NCBI RefSeq assembly: GCF_006345805.1
Contig: NC_043019.1
Location: 25,357,360 to 25,421,359, forward strand
Origin: Octopus sinensis
Lineage: Eukaryota
Direction of reading: 5' to 3'
DNA length: 64,000 bases
Notes under the pieces: generated by a model
The model's database searches: none
The model's input: only the letters and a program-made list of their open reading frames with translations
What the model was told of the DNA's origin: nothing
Position numbers and translations under genes: made by a program
Shown here: piece by piece, positions 25,439-37,590 of the stretch
Layout of the letters: the number at the start of each line of letters is the position of its first letter
How positions within the stretch are numbered: position 1 is the first letter of the stretch

Positions 25439-26123
25439 CCCACAAATGTACATAGATAAATGTACATGGACATATGTACACATAGACATACATACTACAT
25501 ACACACACACATGTATAATATACATACATACATGCATGTGAAGAAATAGGTGTGTATATGTTCTCATGTATTCATGTCTGTGGATATATATATATATATA
25601 TATATATCCATCCACAGACATGAATACATGAGAACATATACACACCTAAATATACACACCTATATATATATATATACATATATATATATACATATATATA
25701 TGCACAGACTCGGCCACACATACGTGTGTGTATATACACATAAACACACAGATATATAAATGCTTGCACTTGTGTGTGTGCGTGTGTGTTGGTACAGTTT
25801 GTGGTGCCAACTATGAAATGAAGAGGGGCATTGCTTTTGGTGAGGGTGCTGGTAGTAGCAGCAGCAGTAGCAGCAGCAGTAGTTAGGTTCCCAACTGTAT
25901 TTTTAGCTCTGTCCTGCCAAATTTTTCCCATTGAAGCTTCAGATTATCTCAAAGAGAAAGAGAGAGAGAGAGAGAGAGAATGAGAGAGGGGGAGGGGGTT
26001 GAGTGATGTTGGGTAGGAAGAGGGTAAAGGAATTGGTTAGGGGTTTGGTGGGTCTGCGGTTGGTGGGGGTGGGGGCGGTTGAGGGGAGAGAGACTATGGG
26101 AAGCTGAACTTTGAGAGGGACAA

Positions 26124-26154
<31 letters not shown>

Positions 26155-26677
26155 TAAGAAAAAATAGAAACTAAAGAATAAAACAATAACAAAAACAAGA
26201 ACCCCCTTCCAGTGGGACAGGAAAGGGAGGAAGGAGGAAGTCATCCATTCACCCCCCCCTGCATACACACACCCACAGACATACATATATATCTATATAT
26301 ATATACATACACACACACATACATATACCCAAGCACACACATACACTACAGCTGTTAGTGAGTGTGAAGTAGATAGAGAAAATAACAGATTTGGGGTTGT
26401 GTATATAGTTTTTTTTTGTATATATACACACACATGCATATATTATGTGTGTGTGTGTGTGTGTATAAAATCAGAGAGGGAGAGGGGAGTGGCGAGAGAT
26501 TTTTGAATCTCTGGTAATAGTTTCAGTAGAGCAGATAGTAAGGAAAGGAATATCTTGACAGGGATATACAGGGAATAATGGCAATGAAAACGAAGAAGAA
26601 TCTTTTGGTAAGAACAACCAACCTTCCTCTGTTTATTTATTCTAACCTCCTGTCAATATTCTTTCATTATCTCCATC

Positions 26678-26713
<36 letters not shown>

Positions 26714-27939
26714 ACAAATGTACATAGATAAATGTACATGGACATATGTACACATAGACATACATACTACATACACACACACATGTATAATATACATACA
26801 TGCATGCATGTGAAGAAATAGGTGTGTATATGTTCTCATGTATTCATGTCTGTGGATATATATATATATATATATATCCATCCACAGACATGAATACATG
26901 AGAACATATACACACCTAAATATACACACCTATATATATATATATATACATATATATATGCACAGACTCGGCCACACATACGTGTGTGTATATACACATA
27001 AACACACAGATATATAAATGCTTGCACTTGTGTGTGTGCGTGTGTGTTGGTACAGTTTGTGGTGCCAACTATGAAATGAAGAGGGGCATTGCTTTTGGTG
27101 AGGGTGCTGGTAGTAGCAGCAGCAGTAGTTAGGTTCCCAACTGTATTTTTAGCTCTGTCCTGCCAAATTTTTCCCATTGAAGCTTCAGATTATCTCAAAG
27201 AGAAAGAGAGAGAGAGAGAGAGAGAATGAGAGAGGGGGAGGGTGTTGAGTGATGTTGGGTAGGAAGAGGGTAAAGGAATTGGTTAGGGGTTTGGTGGGTC
27301 TGCGGTTGGTGGGGGTGGGGGCGGTTGAGGGAGAGAGACTATGGGAAGCTGAACTTTGAGAGGGACAAAAAAAAAAATATATATATATATATCTATATAT
27401 ATATATATATAGAAAAAATAGAAACTAAAGAATAAAACAATAACAAAAACAAGAACCCCCTTCCAGTGGGACAGGAAAGGGAGGAAGGAGGAAGTCATCC
27501 ATTCACCCCCCCCCCTGCATACACACACCCACAGACATACATATATATCTATATATATATACATACACACACACATACATATACCCAAGCACACACATAC
27601 ACTACAGCTGTTAGTGAGTGTGAAGTAGATAGAGAAAATAACAGATTTGGGGTTGTGTATATAGTTTTTTTTTGTATATATACACACACATGCATATATT
27701 ATGTGTGTGTGTGTGTGTGTGTGTATAAAATCAGAGAGGGAGAGGGGAGTGGAGAGAGATTTTTGAATCTCTGGTAATAGTTTCAGTAGAGCAGATAGTA
27801 AGGAAAGGAATATCTTGACAGGGATATACAGGGAATAATGGCAATGAAAACGAAGAAGAATCTTTTGGTAAGAACAACCAACCTTCCTCTTGTTTATTTA
27901 TTCTAACCTCCTGTCAATATTCTTTCATTATCTCCATCA

Positions 27940-27960
<21 letters not shown>
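25439..27960. repeat. Tandem duplication, two ~1.27-kb near-identical units (25439-26711, 26712-27960)
   Basis: The same unique sequence recurs at an offset of 1272 (start) to 1261 (end); units are joined and flanked by (CA)n. Confidence 0.95.
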
Positions 27961-27970
<10 letters not shown>

Positions 27971-28440
27971 CATACGTACATACGTATGCACGCATCTCTT
28001 GTCCTTTTGTTGTTTCTTAATATTTTCTAAGAATCAAAACATTATCATCCCTGTCTCCCTTAATGTTGGTGTTGGAATACGGCATTTTCTTATGTTGAGG
28101 GTGGTACAGTGCTATCCTAAAGCATGGGCACGCTGGACATTTGTCCAAGGGGCTTTACAGGGCTAAGGGACCAAACTCTAATCTAAGTATGTCTGGTTTA
28201 CTATCAATAAATAATCACCATAGGGCCCAGTCCACTGATTTTCCCGGGGTCTGATATCATTGTTAATACAGCCCTAGGGTGATAGATTGATTAAAATCAT
28301 CTGATTTTCAGCTGAAATGCTTTGTGGCGTTTGTTGTGGTTCATTAGGTTCTGAGTTCAAATCTTACTAAGGTAGCCTCCGTTTTCAATCCCCACCCCAA
28401 ATTTTGATAAAGTACCAGTTAATTATTGGGATTGGTTTAA

Positions 28441-28706
28441 CCCTTGAGCATTCAGATTACTGTGAAATGAAATGCTTCTTACCAGTTCCTCTCAAGCTGT
28501 CCAACCCATGCCAGCATGGAAAACGGACGATAAATGGTGATGGTAATGTTTTGAATTAATTGGGCATTCTCTTGTGGCTTCGTGATTGATTATTTTTTCG
28601 TAGATTGACATTGTGGGGTATGTGTGAGAGGCCTGATCTATCCAGTTTGAACATAAAAACATGGAGAATATCTTGGCCAGATATGGCCAGTTTAAATGTT
28701 GAAGGG
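28441..28706. mobile_element. piggyBac-like MITE, decayed; second copy at about 38550-38738
   Basis: ttaa-CCC start, GGG end, weak TIRs, body shared between the two copies. Confidence 0.5.
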
Positions 28707-29868
28707 TCAGTCAACTGACCCTACTACGTAAACGACTGGCCCTTGTGTCTAAATAAGAAATTAATATTTTGTGGTTGGCAGACATGCTGGCGAGTAGTGT
28801 TTAGTTACATACCTGCATGTTCTGAGTTCAAATTCTACCAAGGTCAAGTTTGCCTTCCAGGTTTCGATAAAATAGGTACACCCAATTGAGTATCTGTACT
28901 CAGTTTAACCAACCATGCCCATCACTCCTGTTTTGAAGCCTTGTGGGTTTGTAATAAATCATAAATATTGTTATTGTGGACAGGCATGGTTGGTAGGGCA
29001 CTGGTGACATTTATAATCCACTGCCCTGAGTTCAGATTTCAAGTCCTGCTGATGTTAATTTTCCCTTTCATGCTTTTGGGTTTGATAAAATAAAAACCAC
29101 TCAGGTACCAGCTTGATTTAATTGACTAAGGGACCAAACTCTAATCTAAGTATGTTTGGTTTACTATCAATAAGTAATCACCATAGGGCCCAGTCCGCTG
29201 ATTTTCCCGGGGTCTGATATTATTGCTAATACAACCCTAGGGTGATAGATTGGTAAAATCATCTGATTTTCAGCTGAAATGCTTTGTGGCCATTCCTTAA
29301 CTTAGAAACCATCATCATCATCAAACAATATTATATCGGGGTTGATATAATAAATACCATTTGAACCCTGGGGGGGGGGGGGTTGATGTAAATGACTTAT
29401 CTCCCTACCACTGCCACGAAATTGCTGACCTTGTGCCAAAATTTGAAATCTTTATTAAACAATAAGAAGAACGATATTTAAATGTGTTTATTGAACTGGA
29501 CAACGTGAAAAGTATTTCGACAGACAGACAGACAGTCTGTCCTCCCTCCCTGGGTTCCAAATCGCGAATGGAAAGAACATAGAAATTCAGAAACACAAAA
29601 TATGAACGGAGGCAGTCTTTTATTTCGTACAAATTGTTTATTTACGTTTGTGAAAAGTTATGTCAGGCAGAGTTGTTAGCATGCTGGCCAAAATGCTTAG
29701 TGGGGTTTCACCTGTCTTTACGTTCTGAGTTCAAATTCTACCAAGGTTGGCTTTGCCTTCCATTGTTTTGAGGTCGATACATTAAGTGCCAGTGAAACAC
29801 TGGGATCACTGTAATTGACTAGTCCAGTCCCCTAAAAAATTTCAGGCCTTGTGCCTATTGTAGAAACG

Positions 29869-29907
<39 letters not shown>

Positions 29908-29909
<2 letters not shown>

Positions 29910-30140
29910 GGCAGCGAGCTGGCAGAACCGTTAGCACACCGGGCGAAATGCTTAGCGGTATTTCGTTTGCCGCTATGTTCTGAGTTCAAATTCCGCCGAG
30001 CTCGACTTTGCCTTTCATCCTTTCGGGGTCGAATAAATAAGTACCAGTTATGCACTGGAGTTGACATAATCGACTTAATCCGTTTGTCTGTCCTTGTTTG
30101 TCCTCTCTGTGTTTAGCCCCTTGTAGGTAGTAAAGAAATA
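29908..30140 (+). mobile_element. SINE family B, full length, within a head-to-tail cluster (28300-31490)
   Basis: ggcagcgagctggcagaa head, gagttcaaattcc B-box, gtaaagaaata end. Confidence 0.85.
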
Positions 30141-30319
30141 GGTATTGTGTCTGTCGTTACATTCTGAGTTCAAATTCCACTGAGGTCAACTTTGCCTTTC
30201 ATCTTTTCAGGGTTGATAAAATAAGTACCAGTTGAGTACTGGAGTCGATGTAATTGACTTATCCCCCTCCCTAAATATCAGGCCTTGTACCTATAGTAGA
30301 AAGGTTTATTATTATATTA

Positions 30320-30350
<31 letters not shown>

Positions 30351-30351
30351 G

Positions 30352-30620
30352 TTCAGTAGTCTTATTTTCATTTCATGCTTTCAGTGCACACACAGAGTGC
30401 AGCTCTCTGTGTGCTGTGGATCTGCATTTGTGGTTTGTTTTGGTTTTGTTATTTCTGCTGTATTGAAAGTGCTCTACAGAGGAAGTGTGCAGTGCCTGGC
30501 TAGGCTTCTTTTCTCTCTGTTACATAGTCATGAACCCTGTGGTTTTCCTTATGTATTTGTATGTTTTTTGAGTATACTTAATGTACCTTTTATTATTTTT
30601 ATAGGGTTGTTTCTTCTATT
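30352..30620 (-). mobile_element. R4/Dong-like (REL endonuclease) LINE 3' end inside (TTA)n
   Basis: Minus-strand PGTAHFLCRALSIQ resembles the GTAHILR C-terminal motif; flanked on both sides by (TTA)n. Confidence 0.55.
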
Positions 30621-30643
30621 ATTATTATTATTATTATTATTGT

Positions 30644-31012
30644 TATCATCTCTGCCTTAGCGAAGGCAGAGGTATTGTTTTCAGTTGCATTTGTTAATCT
30701 TTTCATGGACAAGATCAAGATCTGCTGGATGGATTCAGAGGAAACTTTCAGGGATGTTTGGCTTCGTGACTGGCATGAATTGATTAGATTTTGGGATTGA
30801 TCCAGTACCGGACAAGAGTTCTGGATTATTTTTCCTGTTTGTTTTTTTTAACTTAATTTTTGAAAGCGATCCAGTTCATTTTTAGTATTTTCATTTGTAA
30901 GAGCCGTCAAGTTTATTTTGGATATTCTCATTTTAAAAATCATCTCTGGCTAATCATTTAGAGGACATTGGTGTCGCCTTTGCAGAGGTGTACACTCTCT
31001 GAGTGCTCTCGT
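30644..31012 (+). mobile_element. DINE-1/HINE-like non-autonomous Helentron-type element
   Basis: 5' hairpin ctctgcctt-agcg-aaggcagag, subterminal inverted copy cctttgcagaggt, 3' hairpin cactc-tct-gagtg, T-rich insertion site. Confidence 0.45.
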
Positions 31013-31602
31013 TATTATTATTATTATTATTATTATTAAGGTATCAGGTTGGTAGAATTGTTAGGATGCCAGACAAAATGTTAAGCAGCTTGCTTTCTGC
31101 TTTTATGTTCCAAGTTCAAATTCCACTGAAGTCCACTTTGCCGTTCATCCTTCTGGGGGTCAATAAAATAAGTACCAGTCGAATACTGAAAGTCAATGTA
31201 AATGACTTTTCCCCATCTCAAAATTGCTGGCCTTGTGCCTATAGAAGAAAGGATTATTACTGACATTGGCCAAAGTGGTGGAATGTTTGACTTATTTGAT
31301 CATCGGACCAATGTTGTATTTGTTCTGCCTGTTTGCGTTTTGAGTTCAATTCCTATTGATGTCACCTTTGCCTTTCCTCATTTCACGATTGATAAAATAA
31401 GCACCAGTTAATTAGAGGAATTGATATAATTGACTGGCCCCTCCCCTCAAATTTCTGGACGTGTGCCTATGTTATAAACAATTGTTATTAGTAGTATTAT
31501 GCAGTGGGGGCAAGGCGTCTTGTGTTGTTTACTGCTGACCTTTTCAATTCTGGCATTTAAACTGGCCTAAATATGCTACCTGTTCTGTTCCGTGTTCAAA
31601 TT

Positions 31603-31648
31603 GACCTCTGATGAGAATTCAATAAGATTTGAAAATTGATTAAGGTTG
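31603..31648 (+). ncRNA. Minimal type I hammerhead ribozyme motif, intronic, sense to host gene
   Basis: GACCU-CUGAUGA-GAAUU-CAAUAA-GAUUU-GAAA-AUUGAU-UA^-AGGUU. Intact core, 5-bp stems I and II with G-U pairs, self-complementary stem III AAUUGAUU. Confidence 0.6.
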
Positions 31649-31782
31649 TTTGTTTTTGTTTTTTTTTCAATCTACAGAGAAACAACTTAATTAGCCATGT
31701 TTATATCGGTACTCTATAGGCTACAGACACACACACACACACACACACACTGCTGAACCCATGCCAACCTGGAAAATGGATG

Positions 31783-31817
<35 letters not shown>

Positions 31818-32144
31818 AAGAGAGAGAGAGAGAGAACATGAGTTTATTTCATTGATGATCTAAACCTCAGAGGTACACTAAGTGTAAGTGCTAGAATCGG
31901 TCATCCGTTAGGTTCCGAGTTCACAGTTGAGGCTGGAGCTAGGGATCCATAGTAGGCTTCCGAGTCAGCAAGTATTAGTAGTAGTACCCCCACCCCCATA
32001 TATATATATATTTATAATGTCAATAACAATATGGAGATTTTTCTCATCCATAGATTTTACTTAACACCTATTTAAAACATATTCTCCAGACATACACGTT
32101 TTAACTGCTGTGATATAAAAGATATAACTATATCTTGGTATCTC

Positions 32145-33182
32145 TATCTAAGACCTGTCTATATCAGCCAATTGGTATGTTTATCTAAGGCCTGTCTCTC
32201 TCTCTCCCTCTCTGTCAGTTGGTATATCTAAGACCTGTCTCTGTCAGTTGGTGTATCTAAGACCTGTCTGTCAGTTGGTGTATCTAAGACCTGTCTCTGT
32301 CAGTTAGTCGGTATATCTAAGACCTGTCTCTGTCATTTGGTGTATCTAAGACCTGTCTCTGTCAGTTGGTATATCTAAGACCTGTCTCTGTCAGTTGGTA
32401 TATCTAAGACCTGTCTCTGTTAGTTGGTGTATCTAAGACCTGTCTCTGTCAGTTGGTGTATCTAAGACCTGTCTCTGTCAGTTGGTGTATCTAAGACCTG
32501 TCTCTGTCAGTTGGTACATCTAAGACCTGTCTCTGTCATTTGGTGTATCTAAGACCTGTCTCTGTCATTTGGTGTATCTAAGACCTGTCTCTGTCATTTG
32601 GTGTATCTAAGACCTGTCTCTGTCAGTTGGTGTATCTAAGACCTGTCTCTGTCAGTTGGTACATCTAAGACCTGTCTCTGTCATTTGGTGTATCTAAGAC
32701 CTGTCTCTGTCATTTGGTGTATCTAAGACCTGTCTCTGTCATTTGGTGTATCTAAGACCTGTCTCTGTCATTTGGTGTATCTAAGACCTGTCTCTGTCAT
32801 TTGGTGTATCTAAGACCTTTCTCTGTCAGTTGGTATATCTAAGACCTGTCTCTGTCATTTGGTATATCTAAGACCTGTCTCAGTCAGTTGGTGTATCTAA
32901 GACCTGTTTTTGTCAGTTAGTTGGTATATCTAAGACCTGTCTCTGTCATTTGGTGTATCTAAGACCTTTCTCTGTCAGTTGGTATATCTAAGACCTGTCT
33001 CTGTCATTTGGTATATCTAAGACCTGTCTCTGTCAGTTGGTGTATCTAAGACCTGTCTCTGTCATTTGGTGTATCTAAGACCTGTTTTTGTCAGTTAGTT
33101 GGTATATCTAAGACCTGTCTCTGTCAGTTGGTATATCTAAAACCTGTCTCTGTCAGTTAGTTGATGTATCTAAGACCTGTCT
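32145..33182. repeat. 29-bp minisatellite (tatctaagacctgtctctgtcagttggtg), roughly 33-35 units
   Basis: Direct head-to-tail units with few variants and occasional 33-bp units; no spacers. Confidence 0.97.
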
Positions 33183-34458
33183 ATTATGAAGAATTTTCTC
33201 TCTGACCCAATGCCAAAACAGTGCTGGGATGGAATGGTGTTGTCTGCAGACTGTATCATGATGAGTCCATATTGGTTCTGGCATGATATTAACTCAAGTG
33301 TGAGCGGATGGGAACTGAAAATGATGGCATTTGGCACAGAAATTAACAGTTTTTACTCTTCTTTTGCCTGTTCAACAATAACAAAAAGAAAAATGGCTTT
33401 GTTTGATTCTTCACTTGACATTTAATGGTAAGAAGGGAAAAAGAGAGAGGAAGGAATTCAGCGGGTGTGAAGGAATAGAAGGAAGGGCTTTATTTTTATG
33501 TTAAAGGTTCTACTGAAGTTAACTACTATTTGACAAGGCTACATTTCAAATAAATAAATAAATAAGATAAAAATGAACTAAAAAAAATCTGCTAAACTCA
33601 TTATTTTATAAAATAAAAGAAAAAAGGGTGGAATTTTGGAACAAACATTCCCACTTTGACTTAAACAAGTTTTTGTGAGGTTTTTGGGAAAATTTCTTTA
33701 TGTTTCAATGCTTTAAACAATTGCAACTGTAACAAGATATGTTGTTTAACGCCTTGTTTGTAATTAATTACAAATGTAGATAAACATAAATCAGTGGTTC
33801 CAAAATTAGTTGTAAAACTAGACTTTTAATAAAATTAACAGAAATATATTCCAGTTTCACCATTTTCCTGCTCATATTGTACTTCTTTCAGAATACTGCA
33901 CTTAACCCTTCATCAACCTATGTGGCTGTAACACTGCAGTTTCCTCACCTCTGAACTAGGACAACACGGTTACTGTGTATCTAATATGAGAGAATAAGAA
34001 AACCTATAATCCCCCATACAATATCTGAATGCACACCGACAGTGTTATACTCTGGAGTTATTGGGTATTTCAGGTTTTACAACCTCACCTTCATCCAGAC
34101 AACTTGACCTAGGTTGATCAAGCCTGTGTCCAAATAACGTTCTTCTTACCCTGCCAGCCGCCTCCTTTTAGCCATGTTCTTGATGGCTCATCTTTTTGCT
34201 CCTCATTCCTGTAATGCCCACAGCTTCTTAGGTCTTACTCAAAATACAACTTGTGTATCCGTGACCACTCAGAACTCAGAGAACTTGATAAAAAACATTG
34301 ATAAGAAACTTCACTCAGATGTAGAATTTATGACTGAGCATCTTATATTGGCGTTTACTACAGCTTGTATATAATCAGCCATGCTTTGACTGAATATAAC
34401 AGCCAAATCTTTTCTCTCAACAAACTCCCTACCCTCCCTGAAATGAGGGCCATATGTT

Positions 34459-34490
<32 letters not shown>

Positions 34491-35122
34491 ATATATATAT
34501 ATGTGGTGAAGCTTAGACAGTAGTAGTAACAGCAATATAATAATAATGATGATAATAATAATAATAATAATATAATAATAATAATAATAATAATAATATT
34601 CTGACCTCCCTCTTACACCCATATAAAATTAAAACAGGATGGTCACAGTCAGAAACTAATCATCAAATGTTTCTTTTGATCTGCACACTAACCCCTGCCT
34701 ATACCTCCTGTGTATTACGGCAGATTTGACTGGGGTTGTTAGGAAAAGGGGTTACCAGACAACAACAACAACAACAGCAGCAGTAATAAGTAAAATAACA
34801 TCCTAAGCTACACATGTTTATTCCAAAATAGAATTTATAAAAGCTTTAAAGAAAAAAGTACCGAAAGTTAATCATTTCCTGATATTTGTATAGGGCCTCA
34901 AAAAATTTAGTGGTGGGTATAAAGGTTGATATAGACCCACAGTATGTGACTGGTATTGTGGTCCCATATAGAGGATGTGCTAGACCAGTCATGGGCCAAC
35001 TGCAACCCATGGGATTTTCTGAATGGCATACCTAGTGAAAAATTAGCTGGAATTTTTATAGTAGTTTGGCCTGTCTGATGATGAGCCATTTCTCATGTGG
35101 CCCTTCTTGGAAAAAATTATTC

Positions 35123-35527
35123 AGGCGTAGGAGTGGCTGTGTGGTAAGTAGCTTGCTAACCAACCACATGGTTCCGGGTTCAGTCCCACTGCGTGGCATC
35201 TTGGGCAAGTGTCTTCTGCTATAGCCCCGGGCCGACCAATGCCTTGTGAGTGGATTTGGTAGACGGAAACTGAAAGAAGCCTGTCGTATATATGTATGTA
35301 TGTATGTGTGTGTGTTTGTGTGTCTGTGTTTGTCCCCCTAGCATTGCTTGACAACCGATGCTGGTGTGTTTACGTCCTCGTCACTTAGCGGTTTGGCAAA
35401 AAGAGACCGATAGAATAAGTACTGGGCTTACAAAGAATAAGTCTCGGGGTTGATTTGCTCGACTAAAGGCAGTGCTCCAGCATGGCCGCAGTCAAATGAC
35501 TGAAACAAGTAAAAGTGTAAAAGAGAG
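35123..35527 (+). mobile_element. SINE family A, full length
   Basis: Near-identical to 10951-11355. Confidence 0.88.
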
Positions 35528-36733
35528 TATGTCTGATATAGTGTGGGTAAATGAAGGGAGTACAGGGTATATATTGGGTAAATGAAGTTCAGGGTACAGA
35601 GCAATCTTGGGAAAACTGCAGCCCATGCAAATTACAGCATAAATAAATTAGAATTGGGTCCTTTGACCTATGAGGCCCCTTGGATAAATCAGTGCACTGG
35701 TCCCTATAATATTTGACAGCATGCCACAGCATGCATAGATTAGAATTGGGCCCCTAGACCTATGAGGCTCCCAGACAAATCAGTGCACTGAGCCCTATAG
35801 TGTATATTTATCGACAGTAAGCTCCAACATAAACAGATCAAATTGAAGACCCTAGACACAAGATGTCCCTACGTAACAACCTACTGTGCCCATGCTTCAG
35901 GGCAAAACTGGGTGCATGGTTTATGTTAAAGGGGGAAAAGCTTTCTTGAAGGGCACCTGATTTATTTTGTTAAGTGTCATGAGATTTTTTTTCTTTTAAG
36001 AAGTAGTCTTATTTTGTTAACAGATACATATTTCTAAGGGCCACGTTAATTTTTTTTTAATCTGTCATGGTCTTACTTAATTAATGGGTGCATTTTAATG
36101 GGGGTGGGGAAACAGTTTATTTTGTTAAAAGGCACATTGTTAAATTTGTTAAATGACATACGGGTTACTTTTAGGTTAAAATGCCAAGGTTTCGGCGTTG
36201 GGGGTGGGGTCAACACAAGAGTTAGTACATTTTACTGCCTTAAATAAACCTGATCACACTGGATAATGTTGTCCTAGATATACTATGTCAGAAAATAAGA
36301 CATGATAGTTATATCAAGAATGATGATAATACATCTGTATGCGTGTGTGTACATGTGTATATCATATATACATATATTTCCATACATACATACACACATA
36401 CATACATATATACATAGACATACATACATACATACATACATATATGCAGATGCATTAATACAGAAAAGGTTATATGATACTGCACATACAACTGTTAATC
36501 TATGTGTGTGTATGATAGATGTGTATTTGGTAGGTGTGTGTGTACATCTTAGTGCATACACACACACACACACACACACCATAATGCTGTATAAGATCTC
36601 CGTTTAATTATGGGAAAAGTTTAATGTTTCTCATTTTAAATGATTTCCCTTCTGTATTGTCATCTGAGCAGCTTCTGTTGTTGTTGTGATATTCACAGAG
36701 CATTTATCAAATTATTTATAAACACACACACTC

Positions 36734-36736
<3 letters not shown>

Positions 36737-36767
<31 letters not shown>

Positions 36768-36879
36768 CATATATATATATTATATATATAATATATATGC
36801 ATATATATATATATATTATATATATATATTGCATATATATATATATATATATGATATATATATATATATATATATGCAT

Positions 36880-36957
<78 letters not shown>

Positions 36958-37288
36958 TATGCATATATATATATATATATGCATATATATATATATATAT
37001 GCATATATATATATTATATATGCATATATATATATATATATATGCATATATATATAATATATATATGCATATATATATATATATATATGCATATATATAT
37101 ATATATATATGCATATATATATGTATATATATGCAATATATATATATATATATATATGCATATATATATATGCATATATATATATATATGCATATATATA
37201 TATATATATGCATAATATATATATATGCATATATATATATATATATGCATATATATATATATATGCATATATATATATGATATATATA

Positions 37289-37322
<34 letters not shown>

Positions 37323-37328
37323 TATATG

Positions 37329-37365
<37 letters not shown>

Positions 37366-37549
37366 GCATATATATATGTATATATATATTATATATGCAT
37401 ATATATAATATATATATATGCATATATGTATATATATATAATATATGCATATATGTATATATATATATATATGCATATATGTATATATATATATGCATAT
37501 ATGTATATATATATATGCATATATGTATATATATATATATGCGTATATG

Positions 37550-37585
<36 letters not shown>

Positions 37586-37590
37586 CATAC
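36737..37590. repeat. ~850-bp (TA)n array periodically interrupted by GC (TATATGCATATA)
   Basis: Directly visible. Confidence 0.95.

Noticed and set aside
25572-25931. Minus-strand ORF MGKIWQDRAK... (duplicated at 26836-27177) as a nested gene
   Set aside because: No recognisable domain or clear donor, and it runs into microsatellite; its repetition is explained by the tandem duplication.
32145-33182. 29-bp repeat array as a CRISPR
   Set aside because: Units are contiguous with no unique spacers, there are no cas genes, and the context is a eukaryotic intron.
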